Of a stretch of DNA of 64,000 nt, positions 18,275-28,216 are shown one piece after another. Location: contig JANNXA010000055.1 of assembly GCA_031409275.1 (NCBI GenBank), positions 466,024-530,023 on the forward strand, read 5' to 3'. The notes below the pieces were generated by a model. It saw nothing but the letters and a program-made list of their open reading frames with translations, was not told where the DNA came from and did no database searches. The position numbers and the translations under genes are program-made. The first letter of the stretch is position 1. Each line of letters opens with the position of its first letter. The stretch is from Planctomycetota bacterium. Its GTDB lineage: Bacteria; Planctomycetota; B15-G4; SIAN01.

Positions 18275-18359
18275 GCGAGGATGGCGGAATTGGCAGACGC
18301 GCTGGACTTAGGATCCAGTGGGGCAACCCGTGGGGGTTCAACTCCCCCTCCTCGCACCA
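18275..18359 (+). tRNA. tRNA-Leu (UAG)
   Basis: GCGAGGA/TCCTCGC acceptor, CTGGA-CTTAGGA-TCCAG anticodon arm, long variable arm, CCA. Confidence 0.97.
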
Positions 18360-18711
18360 TGCATGCGCCGGCTGACGCCATCGGTTCGTGCGCTGAGTGG
18401 TGGCACCAGTGTTGGCACTCGTCGCCCCGAGGTCCTCGCAGAACGGCGGCGCGGTCGACGACAGCCTTCCGCTCGATCGCGGTCGGCGGCGTGACGGACG
18501 TCATCCGCTGCTCCCACGCGGTCGTTCAGCCGCAGGATCCGCGTGCGGCCCTGAGGGTCCCGACCAGCACGGTCGCGATTGCAGGTGCCACCGAGCTCGC
18601 GACTCGCTCGCGTCGTCCCGAGTCAACTCCAACGAGCGGCGCGGGCGACCACGCTCTCGTGATGGCGCCCGCGCCATCTCGGTGAGTTCTCTTTCGTCGC
18701 GCGCAGCGTGA

Positions 18712-19200
18712 TCAGTTCGATCCGTCCCCTTCCACCGGCTTGGGTGGCGCGGGCGGCCGCGGCGGATGGCCCGGCGGCGGCGTTCCCTCTGGCGGCGGCG
18801 GCGGCGGACCACCCTCGGGGCCCGTCTCGGGACGCTCGCCCGGCTTGCCATGCGGGCGGCCGTGCGGACGCCCCTTGCCGGGCTTCTGCGGGCGCTCGCC
18901 GGGATCGCCGTCTTTCTTCTTCTTGGCGTCCTTCAGCGTCTTCAGGAACTCGCGCACGCGCGCTCGCGTCTGTTTTTCGTCGAGCCCTTCGGCCCGCGCC
19001 TGCTCGACGATCTTCTCGATCTGCTCCTTCACCTCATCTCGCGGTCCCGGTTTGCGATCGTCCTTCGGGCGCTCCTTGCCGCCGCGAGGAGGCCGGCCGT
19101 CCGGCTTGCCTCCCGGTGGTCCGCCCTGCGCCATCGTCGGCGCCGCAAGAGCCGCGAGCAGCAGCCACGCCGCGCCGCCCCTCGTGAAGATTCGCACCAT
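18712..19200 (-). CDS. Secreted Pro/Gly/Lys-rich protein with short central helical domain
   Basis: Signal peptide, GGAG RBS, Lys-rich composition unlike shadow ORFs. Confidence 0.7.
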   Translation of the reverse strand: MVRIFTRGGAAWLLLAALAAPTMAQGGPPGGKPDGRPPRGGKERPKDDRKPGPRDEVKEQIEKIVEQARAEGLDEKQTRARVREFLKTLKDAKKKKDGDPGERPQKPGKGRPHGRPHGKPGERPETGPEGGPPPPPPEGTPPPGHPPRPPAPPKPVEGDGSN

Positions 19201-19331
19201 GCCGCGTCTCCCAGGTCGTCAGGGTCCATCCGAACATCGTCACGCGACGACGTTGCAGCCTGCTGAACCCCAACCCGCTGCAAAGGTTTCGCTGGTCTGG
19301 AAGAAGGGCGGCGCCTTCAAGTGCGGCGCCG

Positions 19332-20942
19332 TCACGACCCGGCGGGGACGTTCCACGCCGAGAGCACGAACCGCAGCTTCCCCCGCACGCCCGGAGTCGT
19401 CTCGCTGTCGAACGGCAGGCTGACCTCGACCCGCCCCTTGGTGAGTTCCTTGGGCGAGATCGGCGTGTCGGCGACGCTGACCGCCTTGCCCTGCCAGGCG
19501 TACTGCACTTGCCAGTCGCCGTCCGGATCGTTCTGCGGCGGCACGAGCTCGACCACCACGGAGTCACGGAAGAGGTAGCTGCCCTCGTAGTGCTGGTCGA
19601 ACCACAGCTTCTTCTCGATCTCGTAGTCGGGCGCGCGCACGCCCAGCGTGACGCTGTAGGCGAGCGACGGACGCCCCTCGTTGACGCGGGCGCGATTCGA
19701 GAGGAAGACCGTGGAGAGGTAGAGGCGCCCCTCCTTCTTCGGCGCACGCATCCAATCGGCGTGGCTGAGGCACGCGACCGAATCCTCTTCGGCGACCCGG
19801 CGCGTCAAGTACCAGAGCTTGCCGCGCGGCGAAGCGAGCAGCTCGACCTGGTAGAGCGCCCCGACCTTCGCACCACCCGCTTGCGCGGCCGCCACCTTCG
19901 CGGGCAGCAGGATCTCGTCGAAGTCGACATGGATGTCAGCGCGCACGTCGCCGAACAGGAAGCGCGCGAGGTTCTGGTAACCCTCCTCGCTGTTCACGAT
20001 GCCGAAGAACCCCGAGTGCGCGCGGTACGTGAACGCCTTGGCGCACGACTCGCCCAGCTGTCCATTGGCTTTCAGCCCCTTCGTCGTCGCGTTCTCGATT
20101 CTCACCAGTCCGTCACTGCCATGGCCCACGAAGGTTCGCGAGGCGCCGAACGCGGCCTCGTAGTCGAGCCGATTGGTGCCGACCAGGCAGAAGACGCGGC
20201 TGGAGGGGAAACGCGATTCGGGGATCAAATCGACCCGCTCGCTCGACTTGTACGCCGGCTTCAGCGCGAGGTAGTCCGCCATCCGATCGCGATTGAAGTT
20301 GTCGACGTCGCCGATTCCTAGCCACTTCGGGACGTTGCCGCCCATCAGGTCGATGCCGTTGTGAGGCGTCGCATAGGTGAAGAACTTGTCGACGCAGCGC
20401 AGCGCCGCGTCGCTGCCGAGCTTGGGGTTTTGCAGGAAGGCGCGGCAGACGAGACCGCCCATCGAGTGGGCGACGAGATAGCAGCGGAAGTCGCCCGGCG
20501 CGAGCTCGTTGGCGGGATTGGCGCAGACGAGGTCGCGCACCTTCAGGAGGAGCTCGCCGAGCTTCTTCGCGAACGTCTCGATCGGCGGCGTCTTCGCGAC
20601 GCCGAGCAGCGTCGAAGCCTCGTCGTAGTAGCGGTAGATGACGATCGAGCGGCGCGTGAGCACGTTCTTCGGATTCGCCTGCCACTCAGGGTCGAGCAGG
20701 TCGTAACCGTCCTCATAGACGTCGCGGTAGCCGAAGTCGGACGCCAGGCGCACCACCGGCGACTCGAAGACGTATTTGCGCGGCGGACGGTTCCGGTCGG
20801 GCACCGCGCGATAGACCGTCGAGCCGAGGTTGAAGCCGCAGAAGGGGTCGGCCGTCGTGTCGTCGATCTCGCCGCGACTCATCGCGAAGCCGCGCACGTA
20901 GACGATCGGGCAGAAGCGCGGATCGGGAGCGTCGGTGCCCAT
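19332..20942 (-). CDS. Alpha/beta hydrolase (PGAP1/lipase-like) with C-terminal beta domain
   Basis: Nucleophile elbow LVAHSMGG, TYATPHNG, SDGLV, AHS. Confidence 0.8.
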   Translation of the reverse strand: MGTDAPDPRFCPIVYVRGFAMSRGEIDDTTADPFCGFNLGSTVYRAVPDRNRPPRKYVFESPVVRLASDFGYRDVYEDGYDLLDPEWQANPKNVLTRRSIVIYRYYDEASTLLGVAKTPPIETFAKKLGELLLKVRDLVCANPANELAPGDFRCYLVAHSMGGLVCRAFLQNPKLGSDAALRCVDKFFTYATPHNGIDLMGGNVPKWLGIGDVDNFNRDRMADYLALKPAYKSSERVDLIPESRFPSSRVFCLVGTNRLDYEAAFGASRTFVGHGSDGLVRIENATTKGLKANGQLGESCAKAFTYRAHSGFFGIVNSEEGYQNLARFLFGDVRADIHVDFDEILLPAKVAAAQAGGAKVGALYQVELLASPRGKLWYLTRRVAEEDSVACLSHADWMRAPKKEGRLYLSTVFLSNRARVNEGRPSLAYSVTLGVRAPDYEIEKKLWFDQHYEGSYLFRDSVVVELVPPQNDPDGDWQVQYAWQGKAVSVADTPISPKELTKGRVEVSLPFDSETTPGVRGKLRFVLSAWNVPAGS

Positions 20943-21048
20943 CGTTCACTCCATCGGTGGTTTCGCCGCGGGTCGCGCGCGAACCGCGTGGCGGTGCCTT
21001 CATCCTCTCAGCGTCGACGCAGCGCCGATGTGACGTCCGCGCCTCGAA

Positions 21049-21714
21049 TCAGCCCTGTGGCTGCATCTGCTCGATGAAGCGGTTGGCCTCGGCGATCGAC
21101 GCCTCCATGTCCGCGACGAGGCGCGAGACGTCGCTCTTCAGCACATCCACGCTCTGCTGCAGCGAGGCGATCGCCTGCGCATTCAGGTTGTGCTTCAGGA
21201 AGAGCACCTTGTCGTGGAAGGTCGCGAGGACCGGTTCCATCTTGCTGGCGGCGTTCTGCATCACTACCAGCAAGCTCGCGTACTTCTTGCGAGTGTCCTT
21301 CAGCTGCGCCTCGCTGCTGCTGCGCAGCGCCGGATCGGAGTACTGGTTCAGCTCCGCCTCCCACTCCTTGAAGAGCGCGCCGGAGACCGCCTCGACCTTC
21401 TCGATGCGGCTCTTCACCTCGTCGGCCGCATCGACGCTGCCTTCGTACTCGTCGTTCAGCTTCTTGTAGACCTTCTCGAGTTCGCCGCCATCGATCCTGG
21501 TGACGGCAAGGAACTGTTCGAGGGCCGACTTGAACTGCTGCTTGGCCTCCTCCTGGCCATCACGCGCCTCCTGCACCCGATCGACGAGCTGTTCGCGCTT
21601 GGCGTAGCCGAACTTCTCGCGGATGGCGATGGCGGCGCTGTTGCAGCCGGGCAGCAACGTGAAGGCGATCAGGCCGGCGATCACGAACGGACGGGCGAAG
21701 CGGGAAGCGGGCAT
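21049..21714 (-). CDS. DUF2959-like lipoprotein
   Basis: LLPGC lipobox, EKFGYAKREQLVDRV, LFLKHNLNAQAI. Confidence 0.85.
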   Translation of the reverse strand: MPASRFARPFVIAGLIAFTLLPGCNSAAIAIREKFGYAKREQLVDRVQEARDGQEEAKQQFKSALEQFLAVTRIDGGELEKVYKKLNDEYEGSVDAADEVKSRIEKVEAVSGALFKEWEAELNQYSDPALRSSSEAQLKDTRKKYASLLVVMQNAASKMEPVLATFHDKVLFLKHNLNAQAIASLQQSVDVLKSDVSRLVADMEASIAEANRFIEQMQPQG

Positions 21715-21763
21715 CAATGCAGTCCTCGTCGAAGCGGTTCCAGGGATCGCGACGCGACGCAAC

Positions 21764-22486
21764 TTAGCGAGCGGCGAGCGGCGTCAGCTCGACGCGACGG
21801 AACTCGCAAGGTGCCCCTTCCGCCTGGAGGGCGATCTGGCCTCGATCGGTGGTGCAGTCGCGGCCGCGGTTCACCTCGACGCCGTTCACCCACACCGCGA
21901 TCTCGCGTCCGCGGCACTCGATGACCATCTCGTTCCACTCGCCCGCAGGCTTCTCGGAGCCATCGGTGAGGTTCTTGATCCGCCGCGCCTTGTCGCCATC
22001 GACGCCCCAGTTCTCCTTCGGGCCGCGGCGCGCCTCCATCTCGGGCACAGTGACGTCCTCGCCGATGCACCAGAAGTCGCCGGCGTTGCCGACGTGGAGC
22101 TGGCACTCGATCGACTGCGGGAACATCCCGTAGAGGCGGCGCGGCACGGAGCTGTGCACCAGCACGCCGCAGTTCCCCGGCTCGCCGGGCCAGCGCCACT
22201 CGACCACAAGTCGATAGTCGTGGAACGACGCGTCCGTGATCAAGTGACCTTCCGGCGAGCCGCAGCTCACGAGCAGGCCGTCGCGCACGACGAACGACGG
22301 TTCCACCTTCGCGCCGCCATCGGCGGCCGGTACGTCTGCGTGCCAGCCGGCGAGCGAACGGCCATCGAAGAGCGCGAGCGGTCGCGAAGATTCTTCCGCG
22401 TGGACTGCGTCATCGGATCGGCAGCCGGCGACCGCCATCGCCAATCCCGCCACCATCGCCAGCGATCGAATCGGTCGGCACGACAT
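21764..22486 (-). CDS. DUF1080 (3-keto-disaccharide hydrolase-like) lipoprotein
   Basis: LFDGRSLAGW, YRLVVEWRW, GNCG, KPAGEWN, WVNG, GQIALQAEG. Confidence 0.88.
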   Translation of the reverse strand: MSCRPIRSLAMVAGLAMAVAGCRSDDAVHAEESSRPLALFDGRSLAGWHADVPAADGGAKVEPSFVVRDGLLVSCGSPEGHLITDASFHDYRLVVEWRWPGEPGNCGVLVHSSVPRRLYGMFPQSIECQLHVGNAGDFWCIGEDVTVPEMEARRGPKENWGVDGDKARRIKNLTDGSEKPAGEWNEMVIECRGREIAVWVNGVEVNRGRDCTTDRGQIALQAEGAPCEFRRVELTPLAAR

Positions 22487-22687
22487 GGGGAGTTCCTCCG
22501 AGAAATGGGGCCAGAGCGCAGCCGAGACCGCCGCGAGTGAGCGCAGCATCGTGGCGGAATCGCGGCGCGAATCAACCGCGCCGCCCCCACGCCGATCGAA
22601 CCAAGCCCGCGAGTCGCCGACTTCACCACGCGAGCGGCTCTGACCGAGATTCGGGACACCTCCCCCATCGCCTGGAAGAGATGCCCG

Positions 22688-23518
22688 ATGCGACTGCTCA
22701 CCCTCTGCACCGCTCTGATCGCACCCTTCGGCTTCGCCGCCGCGACCCCGCGGGCGGCCAACGAGCGCGCCCCGTCGGCCGGCTTCGAAGGACGGCTCGA
22801 AGCCTCGCAGAACGTCCTGGTCGGCAGCTCGGGCGAGGGGCTGCTGCACGAACTGCGCGTCGAACTCGGCGACGTGGTGGAAGCGGGTGCCGAGATCGCC
22901 TGCCTCGATCCACGCCCGCAGCAGCTTCAGGTCGAGCTGGCGGCCGCCCGTGCTTCGCGCACCGCGGGCAACCAACGCGCCCACGCGGCGGTCGCGGAAC
23001 TGGATCGTCAGCTCGCGCAACGCGCGGCGCTGTTCCAGGATGGCCTGATCGCTGGAAGCGAGAAGGAAGAGCTGCTCGCGAAGCGCCGCCAGGCCGAGAT
23101 CGACCTGCTTGAAACAGAGGAGACGCTGGCGCTCGATCGTCTGGAGCACCGCCGAGCGCTCCTCGACCTCGACGCCACGCGGATTCGCGCGCCGATCCGC
23201 GGCGTGGTGGCCGAGCGCTGCCACTTCGTCGGTGAGTACATCAGCCGCGGCGATCCCGGAATCGTGCGATTGCTGGCGCTCGATCCGCTGATCGTCGAGG
23301 TCGCCTTGCCGGTGCAGATGCTGGGTGCCGTGACCGTCGGCGATCGCGCCACGCTGTCGTTGGAGCACGCCCCCGAAACGCTGCTCGAAGCGACCGTGAA
23401 GGTCGTCGAGCGACAGGTCGACACGGCGAGTTCGACCTTCGTCGTGCGCCTCGAACTGCGAAATGAGGGCGAGCGGATTCCCGCCGGACTCCGCTGCCAG
23501 GTCCGTTTCGCGAAGTGA
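22688..23518 (+). CDS. Membrane fusion protein / RND-HlyD periplasmic adaptor
   Basis: Signal peptide, biotinyl-lipoyl halves (VELGDVVEAG; IRAPIRGVV), coiled coil, VDTASSTFVVR..PAG. Confidence 0.9.
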   Translation: MRLLTLCTALIAPFGFAAATPRAANERAPSAGFEGRLEASQNVLVGSSGEGLLHELRVELGDVVEAGAEIACLDPRPQQLQVELAAARASRTAGNQRAHAAVAELDRQLAQRAALFQDGLIAGSEKEELLAKRRQAEIDLLETEETLALDRLEHRRALLDLDATRIRAPIRGVVAERCHFVGEYISRGDPGIVRLLALDPLIVEVALPVQMLGAVTVGDRATLSLEHAPETLLEATVKVVERQVDTASSTFVVRLELRNEGERIPAGLRCQVRFAK

Positions 23519-26500
23519 CCGAACCGCAAAACGGTGGCGCGCGCGCCACCGCGGAGATCCGCATGGCGACCGATTCCTCCAGGCCCGACGCCTCCCTTGC
23601 AACTCCCAAGCGACCCGACGAACCGGCCCCGGCTCCGCTGAATGCGGTTCCAGTGCGGCCGGCCCGCTCGTTTGAAGTGGAGAGCCTCGAGAATCGCGTC
23701 CTGCTCTCGGCGACCTGGATCGACCCGTCGACGCTGGAGGAGCAGTCCGGCGCGACCGAACACGACGACGCATTCAGCGGCGACGAGGGTGCAAACGAGG
23801 CGCATGGCCTGGGCGGTGACGACCACCTGACGGGCGGAGGGGGCGACGACGCGCTGTTTGGCGACGACGGCGACGACACCCTCGACGGCGGCGCCGGCGA
23901 TGACACGCTCGATGGCGGGGAGGGCCGCGATGCGGCGGACTACTCGCATGCCGAGAAGGGAGTGACCGTCGACCTCGGCACGGACGGGGGTCAGGACACC
24001 GAAGGGGCTGGGAAGGACACGCTCGTCTCCATCGAGGACGTGATCGGGTCGAGCCACGACGACCGCCTCACCGGCAACGATGCGGACAACCTGCTGGCCG
24101 GCGGCGCTGGCGACGATCGCCTCGAGGGCGGCGCCGGAGATGACACGCTGCGCGGTGGCGCAGGGAACGACCGACTCGACGGCGGCAAGGGGCACGACAC
24201 GGTCGACTATTCCGACGCCGAGAAGGGCGTCCACGTGGACCTCACGCTCGAGAAGGAGCAGGACACCGGCGGCGGCGGCACCGATCGGCTCACCGACGTC
24301 GAAGGGGCGATCGGCAGCAACGAAGCCGACCGTTTCTCATTCAGCGGAGCGGCGGCGGACGATCACTTCACGATCGACGGCGCCGGCGGCCACGACACGC
24401 TCGATCTCCGTTCCTTTTCGAGCAAGGACGCGGAGGTTTCGACCAAGGACGGTCACGTCACCGTCTTCCTCGACGCCAAGCACCAAGAGAGCTTCACGAT
24501 CGACTTCGCGAACGTGGAGAGCCTTGAGTTCGCCGACGGCGTCGTTTCCACGATCGACGACGTCAACGTGGCGCCCACGGCGGACGCCGGCGCCGACCTG
24601 ACCGGATTCGAGGGAGCGTCCGTCACGCTTCAAGGCAGTGGCCTGGACGCGGATGGCGACGCGTTGACCTACACATGGACGCAGGTCAGCGGACCGACCG
24701 TCACCCTGAATGATCCGCACGCGGCCACGCCGACCTTCACCGTACCCGCAGGCGGAGCCGGTGCCGCGGTCGTCTTCCAACTGACGGTCAGCGATGGGAC
24801 CCACACGGCGACCGACTCGGTATCGGTCGATCTCACGAGTCCGGCGTGCGAGGCCGTCCGCGCCCTGCCCTACACGAGCTTTCGCACGCTCACGCCGGCT
24901 CAGGTCGACTACCTCACGCCAGCTCAGCTCGCCACGATCCCCAACACCGACTGGTTCGCGACCATGTCCGCCGACGCGCGCGCCTCGCTCAACGCGACGC
25001 AGGTGCAGGCGCTCAACACCGCCACCGTCTCGATTGGCTACCTCACCGCCGATCAGCGCGAGTCGCTTACCACCACCCAGATCGGGCGGCTCACCTACGG
25101 CAACTTCCGCTACCTCTCCGCCAACGGCGCCGACCACCTCACCACTACCCAGCTCGCGACGATCCCGAATACCGATTGGTTCGCGACCATGTCGGCCGAC
25201 GCGCGCGCCTCGCTCGACGCGACGCAGGTGCAGGCGCTCAACACCGCCACCATCTCGATTGGCTACCTCACCGCCAATCAGCGCGAGTCGCTGACCACAC
25301 CGCAGATCGAGCGGCTCACCTACGGCAACTTCCGCTACCTCTCCGCGAGCGGCGTCGACCACCTCACCACCACCCAGCTCGCGACGATCCCGAATACCGA
25401 TTGGTTCGCGACCATGTCGGCTGACGCGCGTGCCTCGCTCGACGCGACGCAGGTGCAGGCGCTCAACACCGCCACCATCTCGATTGGCTACCTCACCGCC
25501 AATCAGCGCGAGTCGCTCACCACACCGCAGATCGAGCGGCTCACCTACGGCAACTTCCGCTACGTGCCGGTGAGTCGGATCACGGAGCTGACAACGACCC
25601 AGCTCGGGACGATCCCAAGTGCGGACTGGTTCAACACGTTGTCGAGTGGCCAGCGCGCGGCGTTCACGGCCGATCAGCGACTCGCCCTTTCGAGTTCGAT
25701 CTCAGGCGTCGTCTTCGCTGGAGGGTCAGGAAATGACGTCCTCACCGGCAACTCGAGCGACAACGTGCTGCGCGGTGGCGACGGCAACGACACTCTTTCG
25801 GGCGGGGCCGGGAACGATCTCCTCGATGGCGGGTCGGGCGCCGACACGCTGCTCGGCGGAAGCGGCAACGACCAGCTTCGCGGCGGCGCCGGCAACGACA
25901 CGCTGATCGCTGGTGGCGGCAACGATTCGCTCGACGGCGGCAGCGGCAACGACACCTTGTCGACGAGCGGCGCCGTCGCTGGCGATCGACTGACGGTGGA
26001 GGGAGGTGACGGAGACGACCTCCTCGATCTCGGGACGATCCGTTCGGATCAGGTGACCTACGGCACCAGCCAGGTGATCGTGACGCTGCAAAACGGTGGC
26101 ACGGTCACCATCGATCACCACGGCGTCGAGCGGGTGCGCTTCAGCGATCGTGAGACGGCGCTTCCGACCGGCCCCGTCGCACCGGTCAACACGGCTCCTA
26201 TCGCAGTCGCCGGCGCGGGCACGATCAACGAAGACGGCACGGCCACGATCACGCTTCAAGGCAGTGATTCCGACAACGGCGATTCGGTCGAGGCGTTCCG
26301 CGTCACGACGCTGCCCGAACACGGCACGTTCCTGCTGAACGGCCAGCCGGTGGTGGCGGGCGGAATGATCACCGCACAAGCCATCGCGACGGGCTCACTG
26401 ACGTTCCAACCTGACGCCAACTGGAATGGCGACGCGACGATCGCGTTTCAGACGTTCGATGGTGAGGCGTGGTCGTCCAATGTCGGCACCTTCACGGTCC

Positions 26501-27714
26501 ACGTGCTCCCGGTCAACGATGGCCCGACTGCCGAAGCGGGCGCGCCGCAATCAGTCGCTGAGGGCGATCAGGTCACGCTCGCAGGACATGGCAGCGATCC
26601 CGAAGGCACCCCGCTCACCTACCAGTGGCGGCAAGTGAGCGGGCCTGCCGTGGTGCTCAGCGACGCGCGCGCCGCTGCTCCGACCTTCACCGCCCCCGAA
26701 GGGCTCGTCAACACCGCCATCGTCTTCGAGCTCTCGGTCAGCGATGGCACCACCACCTCTCTCGACAGCGTCACCGTCACGGTCGCCGCCGATGACGATG
26801 CCCCCACTGCTGAAGCGGGGGATCCGCAGCGCGCCGCTCCGGGCACGTCGGTCGTCATTCGCGGCAGCGGGGCGGACGTCGACAGTCCAGGACTCACCTA
26901 CACGTGGCGCCAACGCGATGGCGCTGCCGTCACGGTCGAGAGTCCTCACGATTCCACGCTGAGATTCGTCGCACCCACCGTGTCGCAGGATCAGGTGCTG
27001 CGGTTTGAACTCGAGGTGAGCGACGGTACTTCGAAGTCGTTCGACGAAGTGTTCGTCTACGTGCGCGCTCAGCCGACCGAGGCAACGCCGCCCGCCCCGA
27101 TGTCCGAGGGCGACGACGAACCCGTAAGTTCCGTGCAGCCGCCAGTCGCGCTCGTGCCCGAGAGTGTCGATCCGGCGATCGAGCCCGGCGACCTCGCGAT
27201 CCTCGACGCGACGCTCCCGGGCGTCGAAGCGGGGCGCATCGAGGATGCTCCGGAACTCGACGCGGCCACCGATCGAACGGGCGACGGGCCCGGTCTGAAC
27301 GCGCGAGCGCCTGCCATGTCGTTGGGCGGCTTCACCTTTGACCCTGAACGCGTCGTCGTGGAGCCTCTCGAGGTCGCGCCGGTGCTAGGCGCAACGGGCG
27401 CCCCCAGCTTCGAGACTCTCGAGGGGCGCGCACGCACGCTCGAGGAGCGCTGGACCCCGGTCGACCCGCCAGCGTCTTTGAGTCTCGATACCGCGGTCGA
27501 CCGCGGGCCCGCCGATCCGCGTACGGATCTCCCACGCCCCGGTCGCGACTCCGACGTCCCCGCGGCCGCCGACGCCCCGGGAGCCCCTCCAACGGGATGG
27601 GTAGGTTCACTAAACGCACTACTCCAGGGTGCGAAAGCGACTTGGCTGACGACGCAGGCGCCTCCAGACCAGCGCGATCTGAGCCGCCGCCGCAACGACT
27701 CATCTCGTCCTTGA
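23515..27714 (+). CDS. Large secreted adhesin: LEPR-XLL leader, RTX Ca-binding repeats, PKD/cadherin-like domains, 75-aa tandem repeats
   Basis: FEVESLENRVLLS, two clusters of GGxGxD nonapeptides, three APTAxAG..LTYxWxQ PKD-like domains and an INEDG cadherin-like domain. Alternative start is ATG 23563 (GGAG RBS). Confidence 0.88.
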   Translation: MTEPQNGGARATAEIRMATDSSRPDASLATPKRPDEPAPAPLNAVPVRPARSFEVESLENRVLLSATWIDPSTLEEQSGATEHDDAFSGDEGANEAHGLGGDDHLTGGGGDDALFGDDGDDTLDGGAGDDTLDGGEGRDAADYSHAEKGVTVDLGTDGGQDTEGAGKDTLVSIEDVIGSSHDDRLTGNDADNLLAGGAGDDRLEGGAGDDTLRGGAGNDRLDGGKGHDTVDYSDAEKGVHVDLTLEKEQDTGGGGTDRLTDVEGAIGSNEADRFSFSGAAADDHFTIDGAGGHDTLDLRSFSSKDAEVSTKDGHVTVFLDAKHQESFTIDFANVESLEFADGVVSTIDDVNVAPTADAGADLTGFEGASVTLQGSGLDADGDALTYTWTQVSGPTVTLNDPHAATPTFTVPAGGAGAAVVFQLTVSDGTHTATDSVSVDLTSPACEAVRALPYTSFRTLTPAQVDYLTPAQLATIPNTDWFATMSADARASLNATQVQALNTATVSIGYLTADQRESLTTTQIGRLTYGNFRYLSANGADHLTTTQLATIPNTDWFATMSADARASLDATQVQALNTATISIGYLTANQRESLTTPQIERLTYGNFRYLSASGVDHLTTTQLATIPNTDWFATMSADARASLDATQVQALNTATISIGYLTANQRESLTTPQIERLTYGNFRYVPVSRITELTTTQLGTIPSADWFNTLSSGQRAAFTADQRLALSSSISGVVFAGGSGNDVLTGNSSDNVLRGGDGNDTLSGGAGNDLLDGGSGADTLLGGSGNDQLRGGAGNDTLIAGGGNDSLDGGSGNDTLSTSGAVAGDRLTVEGGDGDDLLDLGTIRSDQVTYGTSQVIVTLQNGGTVTIDHHGVERVRFSDRETALPTGPVAPVNTAPIAVAGAGTINEDGTATITLQGSDSDNGDSVEAFRVTTLPEHGTFLLNGQPVVAGGMITAQAIATGSLTFQPDANWNGDATIAFQTFDGEAWSSNVGTFTVHVLPVNDGPTAEAGAPQSVAEGDQVTLAGHGSDPEGTPLTYQWRQVSGPAVVLSDARAAAPTFTAPEGLVNTAIVFELSVSDGTTTSLDSVTVTVAADDDAPTAEAGDPQRAAPGTSVVIRGSGADVDSPGLTYTWRQRDGAAVTVESPHDSTLRFVAPTVSQDQVLRFELEVSDGTSKSFDEVFVYVRAQPTEATPPAPMSEGDDEPVSSVQPPVALVPESVDPAIEPGDLAILDATLPGVEAGRIEDAPELDAATDRTGDGPGLNARAPAMSLGGFTFDPERVVVEPLEVAPVLGATGAPSFETLEGRARTLEERWTPVDPPASLSLDTAVDRGPADPRTDLPRPGRDSDVPAAADAPGAPPTGWVGSLNALLQGAKATWLTTQAPPDQRDLSRRRNDSSRP
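24868..25690 (+). repeat. Tandem 225-nt (75-aa) coding repeat, ~3.5 copies
   Basis: CAGCTCG..ACGATCCC anchor recurs at 24925, 25150, 25375 and 25600. Confidence 0.95.
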
Positions 27715-27796
27715 GTCGCGGCCGAAGAGAGCGTCACACGCACTCAGGCTCCGTTGCAGCCGATTGACGCCTGCCGGACGGACGGACGAGGTCCTC

Positions 27797-28216
27797 ATGT
27801 TCGACTCCGAATCAACGACCTCGCCCTCTGCGCTCGACCAGGAGACGCTCCGGTCCCTCGAGAAGCAGACCGCCCCCGAGATCGTCCGCGAGCGCGGCAG
27901 CGTCCGCATCGAGCACAAGCTGAAGGTGGTGGTCCGCTCGGGCAACTCGAGCGCACTGCTCGCCTTCAAGATCCAGGGCCTGACGGCTGACTTGAGTCGC
28001 GGCGGTTGCCGTCTGCTGCTCCCGCTGCCGCTCGGCGTCGGTGACATCTATCGACTCGACTTCGACGACAGCGCGCACAAGCTTCCGCAGCTCTTCGCTC
28101 GCTGCGTGCGCTGCCGCCTCCTGCGCGAGGATGCGTTCGAGGCGGGCATGCAGTTCTTCACTCCGGTCGATCTGCCCGCCTCGCTGCAGCCGCAAGGCAA
28201 GGACCTGCTCGATTGA
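27797..28216 (+). CDS. Single-domain PilZ protein (c-di-GMP receptor)
   Basis: RxxxR (RGSVR) and DxSxxG (DLSRGG), C-terminal AGMQF. Confidence 0.85.
   Translation: MFDSESTTSPSALDQETLRSLEKQTAPEIVRERGSVRIEHKLKVVVRSGNSSALLAFKIQGLTADLSRGGCRLLLPLPLGVGDIYRLDFDDSAHKLPQLFARCVRCRLLREDAFEAGMQFFTPVDLPASLQPQGKDLLD

Noticed and set aside
18360..18711. Small ORFs between tRNA-Leu and the Pro-rich gene
   Set aside because: No convincing RBS, motif or coding-like composition.
24868..25690. Possible CRISPR-like or non-coding repeat array
   Set aside because: The 225-nt units are contiguous, in frame, have no unique spacers, and no cas genes are present.
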